Positions 1-10,162 of a stretch of 64,000 nt of DNA are shown here, piece by piece. Source of the DNA: Candidatus Bathyarchaeia archaeon (GTDB lineage: Archaea > Thermoproteota > Bathyarchaeia > 40CM-2-53-6). Below the pieces are notes generated by a model. That model was not told the DNA's origin. It did not search any database and saw only the letters and a list, made by a program, of their open reading frames with translations. How positions within the stretch are numbered: position 1 is the stretch's first letter; every line of letters starts with the position of its first letter. The stretch covers positions 800,001 through 864,000 of the forward strand of contig JBEKFP010000001.1 in assembly GCA_050013255.1 (NCBI GenBank), given 5' to 3'. Both the position numbers and the translations under genes were made by a program.

Positions 1-545
1 CCTGTTAAAACGGCTGCCGTGTAGGCTCCTTCAAATTTGGCTACACAATTTCTGACGGCTCTCTCTATATCACCGCCGTCGGATAGTTCGTTGGCTAGAG
101 TCTTGAGCATGACTTCGGCGTCGCAGGTCGCCGACAGGAATGTACCGTTCGAACGTAGCTCACTGCAAACTTCAGGAAAATTGACCAGGTTGCCGTTATG
201 GCAGAGAGCAATGCCCCCCTTCGGGCGGTCTGAGAAGTATGGCTGTGCGAATTCCTCTAGCTTCTGAGGGTCAGCTAGGGTTTCTTCGTTTGCTGGCTGG
301 CCCACGGTAGAATATCTAACGTGCCCAATCCCAATATTGCCTTTGAGATTTTCGAAGGCCTCAAAGTTTCCGACCAGCCCGGCTTGCTTTCGGTGGTAGA
401 ATCTGTTCTTATCGAACGTGTAGACTCCACAAGCTTCTTGCCCCCGGTGCTGCAATGCCAAAAGGCCAAGCCAGATGTTACGAGTCACGTCGCCCACGTT
501 GCTTATGGCTGCGACGACACCGCAACTTTCCCTTACTTCTGCCAA
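1..545 (-). CDS. purF: Amidophosphoribosyltransferase, 5' part (runs off the window start; absent from the ORF track)
   Basis: Manual translation from TTG at 545: MAEVRESCGVV...LLALQHRGQEACG...GIGHVRYST...IALCHNGNLVN. Ntn-hydrolase Cys after a short propeptide; last visible gene of the pur cluster. Confidence 0.95.
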   Translation of the reverse strand, partial: MAEVRESCGVVAAISNVGDVTRNIWLGLLALQHRGQEACGVYTFDKNRFYHRKQAGLVGNFEAFENLKGNIGIGHVRYSTVGQPANEETLADPQKLEEFAQPYFSDRPKGGIALCHNGNLVNFPEVCSELRSNGTFLSATCDAEVMLKTLANELSDGGDIERAVRNCVAKFEGAYTAAVLT

Positions 546-2731
546 GGCTCCAAAATCCCTTGAATGGAGTTCACATAAGCCTCGTGGAGCGCTTGTATTT
601 CGCAATCCAATTTGCTGGAGCTGAGAGTTAGGTGAAGTGTGGTCCCTCTAACTGCTCCTGCAACGGCAGCGGGAACGTTCGCGTTTGAAAGGGACTTCAG
701 AACCTGAGATGGTTTGTTCGTCGTTAAGATGAACCTTGAGTTCGTTTCGGAGAACAGGAATTGGTCATCGCGCATCTTCTCAGCTGCTAGAAGTCTACAA
801 TCAACGGTGGCACCCTTGCCACCTGCAACTGCCATTTCAGCAAGTGCGACGCCTAAACCGCCTTTCGAAATGTCGTGGCAGGCCGTTACCCAGCCGCGTC
901 TAATGCATTCGAGAACAGCCTTGGTTGTATGAACCTCAACTTCGAAATTCAGGGCTGGCGGCGTGTTTCCCCTAAACCCTAGGGTGCGATAATACTCTGA
1001 ACCACCGAGCTCACACCTTGTTTCGCCGACTACGATTATTGCATCGCCATCCGGTCCGAACGCCATCTTCATTGTGTGCGCTGGCTTCTCGACTAGGCCA
1101 AGAACTGTAACGACTGGGGACGATTTTATCGCCGTCCCAGCCTCTTCATCTTGGTTGTAGAAACTCACCTTTCCGCCGACACATGGCAAGGAGGCTGCTC
1201 TCGCAAAGTCCGCAATCCCTTGAACCGCTCTAGCGAAGGCCCAGAAAATTTCTTCATTGTTCGGATCCCCGAACTGGCAATGGTCAAGGAAGGCTATCGG
1301 TTCGGCGCCAACGGCGACTACGTTGCGGCAACATTCCGCAAGAACACTAGCAGCGCCAACGTATGGGTCTAGGTCGCAGAACCGTGCGTTCCCATCGACT
1401 TTGATGGCTGCGCACTTTCCGTTAGGTAATTTCAAGACTGAAGCGTCTGCTTCACCAGGTTTGGCTACGGTCCTGATTCCAACTTCGTGGTCATATTGGC
1501 GGAAAACCCATTCTTTACTCGCAATTGTCGGCGAAGCGAGGAGGCGTAAGAGGACCGTTGCAATGTCATTTGGGCTTGCGGGTGTACCTTCAGGATTTCG
1601 GGCTGTTGGCATTCGAGTCTTTCTGCTGATTATTGGGGCATTTGCTAGGAAAGAGGTTGGAAGGTCTGCAATCACCTCTGCAGAACGAAGTACGATAATC
1701 CTGTTGGTTCCGGTAACCTCGCCGATCCGCGCCCAGCAAACACCATACTTTTCCATGATATCCTGTAGAATCAGATCTGCGTCAACCTTGACGACAAGAA
1801 GCATTCGCTCCTGTGATTCTGAAATCATTACTTCAATGGGGCTCATGTCGGTTTCGCGTACGGGCACTTCCTTCAGGTACACGTCAATGCCTGTGTGACC
1901 TTTGTCAGCTAGTTCGGAGAGGCCGGTAGCTAATCCGCCGCCGCCCAAGTCCTTGCAGCCCGTCAGTATTCTGGCTCGGTTTGCCTCCAGCGTCGCCTCA
2001 ATAATCAATTTCTTAGTGAAAGGGTCAGGGATCTGAACTGCCGACCTTTCTTGCTCAGAGCTAGCTGCGAGAGTTCTTGATGCAAAAGTTGACCCATGGA
2101 TTCCGTCTCGACCAGTGGAACCACCCACCAGATAGATGCTGTCGCCAGGGTGGGTTGCCTCGGCTAGAAGAATTTCTTCCTTTCTACCCAGCCCAAGGCA
2201 CGCCACGTCAACCAAACAGTTCCTCTCGAAGCATTCATCGAATTCGACTTCTCCTGCAACCGTTGGGACACCTATACAGTTTCCATAATCTGCGATTCCT
2301 CGTACCACGTTCTTCATGATCCACTTCGAGTGGTCGCTCTTGGTAATGTCACCGAATTTCAAAGCGTTCAGGAGGGCGATGGGCGTAGTTCCCATGCAGA
2401 GAATATCGCGAACGACGCCGCCTATTCCTGTCGCTGCCCCTCCGTACGGCTCGATTGCGCTCGGGTGGTTGTGGCTCTCGGTGTGCAGGGTGAGAACGTA
2501 GCCGTCGCCAATATCGACGACGCCCGAGTCATATCCCGGTCCGACCAAAACACTCCTTCCTGTTGTGGGGAGTTGGGCCAGAATAGTTTTCGATGATTTG
2601 TAGCTGCAGTGCTCGCTCCATTCAGCGTCAATCATGGCCCATTCGAGGCCATTCGGTTCACGACCGAGGTGTCGGCGGGCGTGCTCCATTTCCTCTGGCG
2701 TGAGCGTCGTTTCGACTTCGCCGACTAGCAT
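533..2731 (-). CDS. purL: Phosphoribosylformylglycinamidine synthase subunit PurL
   Basis: WSEHCSYKSS, ESHNHPSAIEPYGGAATGIGG, DLGGGGL, SESQERML and QYDHEVG motifs. Confidence 0.97.
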   Translation of the reverse strand: MLVGEVETTLTPEEMEHARRHLGREPNGLEWAMIDAEWSEHCSYKSSKTILAQLPTTGRSVLVGPGYDSGVVDIGDGYVLTLHTESHNHPSAIEPYGGAATGIGGVVRDILCMGTTPIALLNALKFGDITKSDHSKWIMKNVVRGIADYGNCIGVPTVAGEVEFDECFERNCLVDVACLGLGRKEEILLAEATHPGDSIYLVGGSTGRDGIHGSTFASRTLAASSEQERSAVQIPDPFTKKLIIEATLEANRARILTGCKDLGGGGLATGLSELADKGHTGIDVYLKEVPVRETDMSPIEVMISESQERMLLVVKVDADLILQDIMEKYGVCWARIGEVTGTNRIIVLRSAEVIADLPTSFLANAPIISRKTRMPTARNPEGTPASPNDIATVLLRLLASPTIASKEWVFRQYDHEVGIRTVAKPGEADASVLKLPNGKCAAIKVDGNARFCDLDPYVGAASVLAECCRNVVAVGAEPIAFLDHCQFGDPNNEEIFWAFARAVQGIADFARAASLPCVGGKVSFYNQDEEAGTAIKSSPVVTVLGLVEKPAHTMKMAFGPDGDAIIVVGETRCELGGSEYYRTLGFRGNTPPALNFEVEVHTTKAVLECIRRGWVTACHDISKGGLGVALAEMAVAGGKGATVDCRLLAAEKMRDDQFLFSETNSRFILTTNKPSQVLKSLSNANVPAAVAGAVRGTTLHLTLSSSKLDCEIQALHEAYVNSIQGILEPWQK

Positions 2732-3393
2732 CTAACCCACTCCACCATCGACTGGAAAACCTTCAACCCATCCGTACCACCCAATGCATGGTCGCTTGCG
2801 CGCTCAGGGTGGGGCATCATACCAACAACGTTCCCACCTCTGTTTGAGACAGCAGCTATTCCCCGTGAAGTCCCTGTGGGGTTGTCGTCGGCATAGGACA
2901 TGACGATTCTGCCTTCAGCCGCTATCAGATCAAGAACGTTGTCCTCCGCGAAAAAGCGCCCTTCATTATGAGCGATTGGCATCTTAACGCAGGAAGTTTT
3001 GTCGAACGAGCAAGTGAACGCTGACCTGTTGTTTTCTAACTTTAGGTCCATCCATTTGCACACAAACTTGAGCGATGAATTTCTCAGCAGAGCTCCTTGC
3101 AGAAAGCCCGATTCGATTAGAATTTGGAAACCATTGCATATCCCCAAGACAGGTTTGCCGTCATCAACCATCTTCCGGACGATGTCGATTGCCGGCGAAT
3201 TGGCTGCGATAATGCCGGCTCTCAAATGGTCGCCGAAGCTAAAGCCGCCTGGGAGAATTGCGGCGTCGTATGACGAGTCTCTGAAATCTTCGTGCCAGAT
3301 GAGTCGCGCGTCAAGTCTTAGTACGTTCTTGAGAACGTGGACTGTGTCACGGTCACAATTGCTTCCTGGGAACTGAATGACCGCGACCTTCAT
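2725..3393 (-). CDS. purQ: FGAM synthase glutaminase subunit PurQ
   Basis: FPGSNCDRD, PGGFSFGD, GICNGFQIL, MMPHPER. Confidence 0.97.
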   Translation of the reverse strand: MKVAVIQFPGSNCDRDTVHVLKNVLRLDARLIWHEDFRDSSYDAAILPGGFSFGDHLRAGIIAANSPAIDIVRKMVDDGKPVLGICNGFQILIESGFLQGALLRNSSLKFVCKWMDLKLENNRSAFTCSFDKTSCVKMPIAHNEGRFFAEDNVLDLIAAEGRIVMSYADDNPTGTSRGIAAVSNRGGNVVGMMPHPERASDHALGGTDGLKVFQSMVEWVRC

Positions 3394-3395
3394 GT

Positions 3396-3656
3396 CTAGG
3401 CACTAACTCTGATATTCACAGCGTGCGCGACTGGGTTGTAGAGTCTGAGCTCGTTGCACATTAGGAATGCTTTGTTTTTGGCGTCTTCTTCCTTTGAGGC
3501 CTCGACCTTGAGCACAAGAAGTTTGCCTGTGCGCACTTCCTTTACGAAGCGGAAGCCGCTCTTGTGAATGAGGTCACGAATTATTGTTTCTCCCTCTGGG
3601 TCTCGGGCCTGCGGTTTATTTGATATTATTACCTCAACGGAGAACGTTCGGTCCAC
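3396..3656 (-). CDS. purS: FGAM synthase subunit PurS
   Basis: DPEGETI...VRTGK...LYNPV; size and position between purC and purQ. Confidence 0.93.
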   Translation of the reverse strand: MDRTFSVEVIISNKPQARDPEGETIIRDLIHKSGFRFVKEVRTGKLLVLKVEASKEEDAKNKAFLMCNELRLYNPVAHAVNIRVSA

Positions 3657-4362
3657 CGCAGACCCTCCTTAATGGTTCGGCATACCCTAACTCGAAGACC
3701 TCTGGCAGGTCCTTGCGGAATCTGTCCTTATCCAGAATCTCTTTCGTTGTCTTATCCCAAAGCCTCCAAGAATCCGGGCTGAGTTCATCACCGATCATGA
3801 GTTGCCCTGCGGCGTCTCTCCCGAATTCAAGCTTGAAGTCAACTAGAATTGCAGCTCGTTTGTCAAAGAATTGTTCGAGCATGGCCGCTGCTTTCTGAGT
3901 GTTTCGTTTCACTCCCTCAATTTCTTCGTCGCTAGCCAGCTTGAGGAGTTTCAGATGCTGGTCCGTAAGCATCGGGTCGTGCAGCGAATCATCCTTTAGG
4001 TAGAACTCAACAGTTGGAAAAGACAGTTTCTCACCATTCTTGAAGTACTTTCCAATGCCAATGAAGTGGCCTGCGGCTCGAATTCTGCAAACAACTTCCA
4101 CCGGAATCATGTCCAGTTTCTTAACTAGAAGACTCACGTCGTCTAGCTGTTTGATGAAGTGGTTCGGTATTCCGTATTCGGTGAAGAGACTGTAAAGTCT
4201 CGCAGTGATAGCCGCGTTTACTTTTCCTTTGCCGGGAAGAACCTCGTGTTTCTTGCCGTCTCCTGCCGTTATGTCGTCACGAAAGGTCAGGACGACATAG
4301 CCAGGTTCTTCGGCAGGTGTAACGGTCTTCGTCTTGCCGCTTGAGAAAATCGATAAAGACAT
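3634..4362 (-). CDS. purC: SAICAR synthetase
   Basis: GKTK, FRDDITAGDG, IPVEVVCR, KDDSLHDP, LVDFKLEFG, DELSPDSWRLWD, LDKDRFR. Confidence 0.97.
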   Translation of the reverse strand: MSLSIFSSGKTKTVTPAEEPGYVVLTFRDDITAGDGKKHEVLPGKGKVNAAITARLYSLFTEYGIPNHFIKQLDDVSLLVKKLDMIPVEVVCRIRAAGHFIGIGKYFKNGEKLSFPTVEFYLKDDSLHDPMLTDQHLKLLKLASDEEIEGVKRNTQKAAAMLEQFFDKRAAILVDFKLEFGRDAAGQLMIGDELSPDSWRLWDKTTKEILDKDRFRKDLPEVFELGYAEPLRRVCGGPNVLR

Positions 4363-4532
4363 GTCCTGTTAATTAGTGCCGTAGTGTAAAAGCGATTTTT
4401 GACATGATTGTGTCTCATTCCTGTTTTGTGTTCTGTTTGAGATTGACGGTCAGTCCGATTTTTGATGCCGCCGTGTAAACGCCCGCAGTTACGTGTTTCC
4501 AATGGTTGTGCGTCTTTCCATGTCTGGGTACC

Positions 4533-6125
4533 TTAATGTGCAAAGTGCCTGATGCCGGTGAACTGCATAGCCATCCCGAATTCGTCAGCGGCCTCTATGA
4601 CTTCAGTGTCCCGCATCGAACCGCCGGGTTGAATGATAGCGCATACTCCCGCTTCACCCATCAAGTCGACGGAGTCCCTGAATGGAAGGAAAGCATCCGA
4701 TGCCATAACTGTGCCCTTAACAGTTATCCGAGCTTCATGCGCTTTCATCAAAGCAATTTTACAGGAATCAACTCGGCTCATTTGTCCTGCCCCTACCCCA
4801 GCGAGTTGCTTCGTGGAGCAGAGGACTATGGCGTTCGACTTGACGTGCTTGACGACCTTCCAAGCAAACAGAAGAGCGTCTTTCTCGCTGGGCGTAGGCT
4901 GCCTTTTCGTCACAACTCTGAGGTTCTGCTCGTCAACTAACTGTTCGTTACTATCTTGGTATAAAATGCCGCCGTGAATCCTCTTGAAACTTTTCTCAGC
5001 CTCCGGCCGTTGCCGATCAGCGAACAGAATTTCGGATAGGTCTAGTATGCGCCGGTTCTTCTTTGCAGATAGAATCTTCAAGGCTTCACTGTCGAATCCT
5101 GGCGCCAAGACCAGTTCAACGAACTTATCGCTGAGAACGTTGGCCGTTTCAGCGTCAACCTGTCTTGTGAACGCGTAAACTCCGCCAAATGCTGAGACGG
5201 GATCAGTAGCCAAAGCCGTACGGCATGATTCTGCGAGGGTCTCATCTTTTCCTATGCCGCATGGATTCGTGTGTTTGATTATTATGGTTGCGACATTGTT
5301 GGCTAGTTCACTAATCAATCTGTAGCCGGCATCCGCGTCAAGTATGTTTGTGTAGCTGAGTTGTTTCTCTCCTGCCACCATAGGGGCTAAAGCAATACAG
5401 TTGCGAGCCTGCGAATCGCGGTAGACCGCAGCCTTCTGATGTGGGTTCTCTCCATAGCGCAAATCTTGAATTTTTTCGAAGTTCAGGAAAAGCCTTTCAG
5501 GTCCAGGCCAATCACTGCGAACGCCCGCATTCATCGCAACAGCACGAAAGAATGATGAAATAGCGGCGTCATAAGTGGCGGTGCGTTCGAAAGCCTTGAG
5601 CATCAACTTCAATCGAGTCTGCTCGGACAGATGGCCGTTGTTGGTCCTGAGCTCAGATAGGACCTCAGGGTAATCAGCTGGTTCAGTTACTACGGCAACA
5701 TTCTGATAGTTCTTCGCGGCTGCTCGAATCATCGTCGGGCCGCCTATGTCGATGTTCTCCAGGGCATTCGCAACATCAGTCGACTGTTGGGTGGCTCTTT
5801 CAAAAGGGTACAAGTTTATCACGGCCATATCAATTGGCTTGATTCCCAGTTTGCTGATGGTTGCGCGGTCACTTTCGTTACTCCGTCTGTAAAGCAGGCC
5901 AGCATGAATTTTCGGGTGCAAGCTCTTGACGCGGCCATCGAAGATTTCTGGAAATCCAGTGTACTCAGCAATCTCTTGAACAGCGATTCCTTTCTCGGTG
6001 AGAAGCTTTGCAGTTCCACCTGTTGACAGCAATTCAACCCCTAAATCTCGCAATGTTCTCGAAAAATCCACAATGCCCGTTTTGTCGTGAACGCTCACAA
6101 CCGCGGTCTTTATGCTCACAGCCAT
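4533..6125 (-). CDS. purH: Bifunctional AICAR transformylase / IMP cyclohydrolase (probable start ATG 6125)
   Basis: SVHDKTG, LSTGGTA, GRVKSLHP, IDIGGPTMIRAAAKN, LRYGENPHQ, KHTNPCG, GAGQMSRVDS, ASDAFLPF, QPGGS, RHFAH. Confidence 0.96.
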   Translation of the reverse strand: MAVSIKTAVVSVHDKTGIVDFSRTLRDLGVELLSTGGTAKLLTEKGIAVQEIAEYTGFPEIFDGRVKSLHPKIHAGLLYRRSNESDRATISKLGIKPIDMAVINLYPFERATQQSTDVANALENIDIGGPTMIRAAAKNYQNVAVVTEPADYPEVLSELRTNNGHLSEQTRLKLMLKAFERTATYDAAISSFFRAVAMNAGVRSDWPGPERLFLNFEKIQDLRYGENPHQKAAVYRDSQARNCIALAPMVAGEKQLSYTNILDADAGYRLISELANNVATIIIKHTNPCGIGKDETLAESCRTALATDPVSAFGGVYAFTRQVDAETANVLSDKFVELVLAPGFDSEALKILSAKKNRRILDLSEILFADRQRPEAEKSFKRIHGGILYQDSNEQLVDEQNLRVVTKRQPTPSEKDALLFAWKVVKHVKSNAIVLCSTKQLAGVGAGQMSRVDSCKIALMKAHEARITVKGTVMASDAFLPFRDSVDLMGEAGVCAIIQPGGSMRDTEVIEAADEFGMAMQFTGIRHFAH

Positions 6126-6159
6126 TTCTCGTCCATGACATGAATCGTGGCTGTGAGAC

Positions 6160-6414
6160 TTATCTTTTCTCGAAGCGATAGGTTGTGACTGGCAGCTGGT
6201 CAACTGAACCATGCCGTTTCCCGGCTGTGGACCCGTAGAGCAACAGGAGCGCCCCTAGGAGTATTAGTGGAATCGCGAACAGGAGGTTCGGGTAGAGTAC
6301 AACATCCCGTGTCGGATCCTGCAACTCAACCATAAGCGGCATGGGAGCTACAGCAAGCGCCACCACAAGTGCAAGGAAACCAAGCAACATTCCGATCTTA
6401 TTCACGTTGCCCAC
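6160..6414 (-). CDS. Small membrane protein, two predicted TM helices
   Basis: Two hydrophobic stretches; co-oriented with purH. Confidence 0.55.
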   Translation of the reverse strand: MGNVNKIGMLLGFLALVVALAVAPMPLMVELQDPTRDVVLYPNLLFAIPLILLGALLLLYGSTAGKRHGSVDQLPVTTYRFEKR

Positions 6415-6434
6415 CCGTCGGTTTACTCATCCGT

Positions 6435-6884
6435 TCACCAAGCGTACCCGTACAACGCAACTAGTTCCGCAACCAAGCTTTCAGAAACTATCGCCTTGAT
6501 AGGTCTTTGCTCCTTCGTGGACAAGTTTTCAGCCATAACCCTTGACAATTGCGTTTCAGGCGAACCGTACATCGAAGGCTCAAGGGTAGATTGCAAAGCC
6601 TCCAACTGAACCTTCTGAGTAGGGTAGAGCATTTTCATTTCATAATCGTACCCCGTCAGCTCATCCTTGAAAACCGCACGGCTGCTCTCCGCGCCAGCCC
6701 CTTCAACAATCACATAACGGACCAGAAAGATTCGCTGGGGTGAATTGGCTGGATTACGGTCGGCGATGAGAAGCGGCTCCACTCCCCGCTCGTCCACGAA
6801 CAAGCGCTTGTGGAAGCTCTCGGAAATGCGGTAGACCAACGGCTCCATGTAGATTAACCCCTTCTGTAAGCGGAGATTTTTCAT
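6435..6884 (-). CDS. Hypothetical protein
   Basis: 149-aa ORF with ATG start and normal composition. Confidence 0.6.
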   Translation of the reverse strand: MKNLRLQKGLIYMEPLVYRISESFHKRLFVDERGVEPLLIADRNPANSPQRIFLVRYVIVEGAGAESSRAVFKDELTGYDYEMKMLYPTQKVQLEALQSTLEPSMYGSPETQLSRVMAENLSTKEQRPIKAIVSESLVAELVALYGYAW

Positions 6885-7270
6885 TGGCTAGTTGACGGCG
6901 ATAAAATATAACCATGAGATTGTAGGTTTGCTCGGCGAGATGCTTACCATTGATGTCACGGTTTGAGAAAGAAGGTCAACGCCTAATCTGTGACAAATGC
7001 GGTTTTGAACCAAACAGACAAGAAATCTTCGCCTTACACAAAAAGAACTGCCCTCGCATCTAAAACCCCTAGCTCAACCCTCAGGAAGATGTCAAAAGAC
7101 CGCTGTTTACGATAACCACCGCTACGTTCAATTATTCGTTAGAAACGCGTCCCACGCGATCGTGAACGCCTCCACACTCGATCCGCGTTTGCATTGATAA
7201 TGGACGAGGCGTCTGAACGATTCGTTCCTTTTCCTTTTATTCGATTTTCCATGCAACGCTGCTTCTAGAG

Positions 7271-7837
7271 GTGAAACGAAAAATGCAAAGAGCAACAAAA
7301 GTTTCGGTTTGCGCGATAGTAGCATCCATGGTTATCGCTGGCCTTGTGCTTTCACAACCCGTCGCCTCTGCAGCCGGCAGCTCAGGGGCATTCAACCCTC
7401 AAACTCAGTTCCCGGTCGGAAGCACAATCACTTTCAATTCTTTGAACGGGGCCGCGGCAGTGCAGGATAACTTCACGAAACCTAAGTTCACACAGTACAC
7501 TGCCTCATTCACCATAACCGCCCAGGTTCTGAACTTCACCAAAGACGGCGGCATTCGTTGGAAGGTACTCAGCGGAACCTTCACGATTAATGGTCAAACG
7601 TACACTGTAACAGGCGGCGACGGACACATGAACGCTTTCGACGAGATTGCGAGCGGAATGGATGGCCAAGCCATAGGCCCTGATGGCTCAACTTACCTAT
7701 GGCACCTCAACGGAATGACCTCACTCTACAACGGTGTGGTTGTAGCCGGACTCAGAGGGGGCATAGCGACCATTGAAAGCAATCACGCAATCCTCCGGTT
7801 CCAGCTTGCCTTCATGGGCGTGATGTCAGCACAGTAA
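7271..7837 (+). CDS. Secreted beta-rich hypothetical protein
   Basis: Basic plus hydrophobic N-terminus ending in VASA; Gly/Thr-rich mature region. Confidence 0.75.
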   Translation: MKRKMQRATKVSVCAIVASMVIAGLVLSQPVASAAGSSGAFNPQTQFPVGSTITFNSLNGAAAVQDNFTKPKFTQYTASFTITAQVLNFTKDGGIRWKVLSGTFTINGQTYTVTGGDGHMNAFDEIASGMDGQAIGPDGSTYLWHLNGMTSLYNGVVVAGLRGGIATIESNHAILRFQLAFMGVMSAQ

Positions 7838-7878
7838 GGGGCGACTACTACGCTCCTTACGCCCCAGTTTCTTCTTGG
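7835..7878 (+). terminator. Hairpin followed by a T-rich tract
   Basis: taaggggcg-actacta-cgctcctta stem followed by tttcttctt just after the stop codon. Confidence 0.5.
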
Positions 7879-7969
7879 CAGCCGTCCTCTCGGCGAATTC
7901 TTAGGGTGCTTGAGGGCTTTGGTATGACTTTAATTCTAAAGACCCCAGCCCTGTCATGGGCCTGGTAAC

Positions 7970-8230
7970 ATGGGGATCCAGATGGAAGGTTTCGTATTCA
8001 ACGATTACTGCTTCCAATGCCAGAGAACGACCGAACACAAAATCCTGCTCGAAGGCAAGGAACTTTTCGGCGCCTGTTCTTCATGCGGGGAAAAGCGAGC
8101 ATTAACTGAGGTAAAACAGGTCTATTACGAGAAAACGGACCTCTGGGTTACGCGATTCAAGATTGGGAATCTTCCCAGCGCTGTTGCGGGCAAACTTCTG
8201 GACACCGTCCGCCGCACAAGGCGAACGTAA
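7970..8230 (+). CDS. Small zinc-ribbon protein
   Basis: CFQC...CSSC pairs in an 86-aa ORF. Confidence 0.7.
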   Translation: MGIQMEGFVFNDYCFQCQRTTEHKILLEGKELFGACSSCGEKRALTEVKQVYYEKTDLWVTRFKIGNLPSAVAGKLLDTVRRTRRT

Positions 8231-8626
8231 GGGCACAAAACCGCCGCCGTCCATGTCTGTTCAGTTTTTCCGACTACGCCCAAGCGTACGTGCCATGAAA
8301 AGCTGTAGAAAATTCTCGACAGTTTCCACCAGCTCGTCACAGCCGGCAACGGAAAAGTTTCATCGTATTTTTTTGCTGCAGGAATTTTGCATGGAAAATT
8401 GAAAAGCCTGAATCGCAAAATCACATGCAGAAAAAAATGAATTGGGATTTGTTGTAACATTTTGGGTTTGCGCGGGAATGAAAACCAGAATTCGTGATGC
8501 CGCGGGAAATTTTGGTGAAGAATTTTTTCGCGCGGCGTTCAATTATGATGGGGCAATGCTTATATCCGAATTATTTAACTGTATATCAAAGTCGGGAATT
8601 CTTCGGGAGGATCTTGAGTACAAAAC

Positions 8627-9034
8627 TTGTCCGCTAGACCTTACGCTTACAGGCAAATTGTAGCAACGCTTTGCGGATGCCGTTCAGACCTTCTCGACGA
8701 CAAGCTTCTCCTGAATACGACTTTGAAAGCGATCCACAATGCGAACATGGAACTCGCGAAAACGAAAACCACGAACCCACTCGTCTACCGAGTTACCGAC
8801 GACATCATGGGCGGTGGTGTGAGCGTGAACGCTCTCATTACAACAAGCCACCTCACAGTTCACACGTCAAAGATGTATGCTACGGTGGAGTTCGATTGCG
8901 CAACCTGCGGTTGCGATAGTAATCCATGGGCAGCGCTCGAGACCTTCAAACGAATCTTAAGGCCTACGCACGTTACCATGCAATATCAGCATGGTGAGCG
9001 GCCACTGCTAACAATCCCACCCATCAAAGCTTAA
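8627..9034 (+). CDS. Divergent pyruvoyl-dependent decarboxylase proenzyme (AdoMetDC SpeD/SpeH family)
   Basis: GGGVSVNALITTSHLTVHT...DCATCG resembles the family motif GVSGxxllaESHxxxHTxPE...DxxTCG. Confidence 0.75.
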   Translation: MSARPYAYRQIVATLCGCRSDLLDDKLLLNTTLKAIHNANMELAKTKTTNPLVYRVTDDIMGGGVSVNALITTSHLTVHTSKMYATVEFDCATCGCDSNPWAALETFKRILRPTHVTMQYQHGERPLLTIPPIKA

Positions 9035-9052
9035 GCGAACCGCCCGTAGGGT

Positions 9053-9478
9053 TTACTGCGATTCTTCCTCTGGACTATTATCACTAGCAAACTCAAGTTT
9101 TCTAACCGAGGCACCAATCTTGTCCAACAGGGCTTGTTCCACTCCTGATTCGAGACTCAAAACTACGAGATGAGCTGCTGTCCGGTAGAAGACCAAGGCC
9201 ACTTTATCGTAACGCACAGTAACACGTCTAATTGAGCCGCAGAATGGCCGTAGTTTCTCCGCAGCATCCACGATCAAGGGTGTAGCAATGGTCATAAAGT
9301 CGCGGTCAGTTTGGGCGGGCGTTAGCGAAGAAACTCCTCCCCGCATTCTCGATTCTAGGAGGTCATACTGGTGGTTTAGGATAGCGATGTATCTGATCCG
9401 TTTGTCGAGTTTGAAGATGTTCTCAGTAATTTCTTTGTTGTCGATCAATGTCTCCCAGCGTCTACCCGCTATCTGCAT
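9053..9478 (-). CDS. Roadblock/longin-like archaeal small protein
   Basis: IFKLDKRIRYIAILN...GSIRRVTVRYDKVALV pattern of roadblock-type proteins common in TACK archaea. Confidence 0.6.
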   Translation of the reverse strand: MQIAGRRWETLIDNKEITENIFKLDKRIRYIAILNHQYDLLESRMRGGVSSLTPAQTDRDFMTIATPLIVDAAEKLRPFCGSIRRVTVRYDKVALVFYRTAAHLVVLSLESGVEQALLDKIGASVRKLEFASDNSPEEESQ

Positions 9479-9562
9479 AGATATATGGGCTTGCAGGTCG
9501 GGGATTTTGATGTAAGACTTAATTCAGGCCAACTCCCGTAAGCGCTCAGCGGTGTTCAACCC

Positions 9563-10081
9563 TTGCTCGACTCGACCAAGATACGACGCGAAATATCGAG
9601 ATTGTACGATAAAGACCCTCAAGGTTGGAGGGTCTTGGTCGGTAAGGACAAAACTGGATTCTACGACGTACTGATCTCGCATGGGACGCAGGCTTGGCAG
9701 GTAAAGGAGTACCAAGTTAACCCCTACAAGTTCGTGGGGCTAGGTTCCAGGCTCCCAAACTCAACTCCTGGGCCTTTGATTTCCAACGATAACCCGTTCG
9801 GCTTTAGGCCCGTTGGTATCGAACAAATGAAGGAGCTCGCAGCTTTGATAGATGACCCGAGGGCGGTAAGCGACCTAGCAGTCAAGCTTCTCGCTGAAAA
9901 ACCGGTGAGTTCCACTGAAGCGTTAGAGAGTCCGGGGGTTCTGCACGGGCCCATACTTCATTCTACTAGACCGATAGAGGCCCTCTCCTCTTCTCATACG
10001 AAGCTGGACGAGAAACTGAGAAGGGAGTTGCAGCGGATCGTCAATAGAGAGTTCAGGCACACAATTGCGCCATACATTTGA
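9563..10081 (+). CDS. Hypothetical protein
   Basis: 172-aa ORF, TTG start, typical composition. Confidence 0.7.
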   Translation: MLDSTKIRREISRLYDKDPQGWRVLVGKDKTGFYDVLISHGTQAWQVKEYQVNPYKFVGLGSRLPNSTPGPLISNDNPFGFRPVGIEQMKELAALIDDPRAVSDLAVKLLAEKPVSSTEALESPGVLHGPILHSTRPIEALSSSHTKLDEKLRRELQRIVNREFRHTIAPYI

Positions 10082-10162
10082 ATGGAAAGCTCTGAATCTT
10101 CGGGGCGCACGGTCAAGGTCGAATGCTTAGGCACCTTAGCATGTAGAATGGAGGCATGAATT

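Noticed and set aside
4363-4532. Purine riboswitch between purH and purC
   Set aside because: No recognisable aptamer or stable structure seen.
8295-8600. Replication origin
   Set aside because: No ORB-like boxes and no cdc6/orc1 gene in the window.
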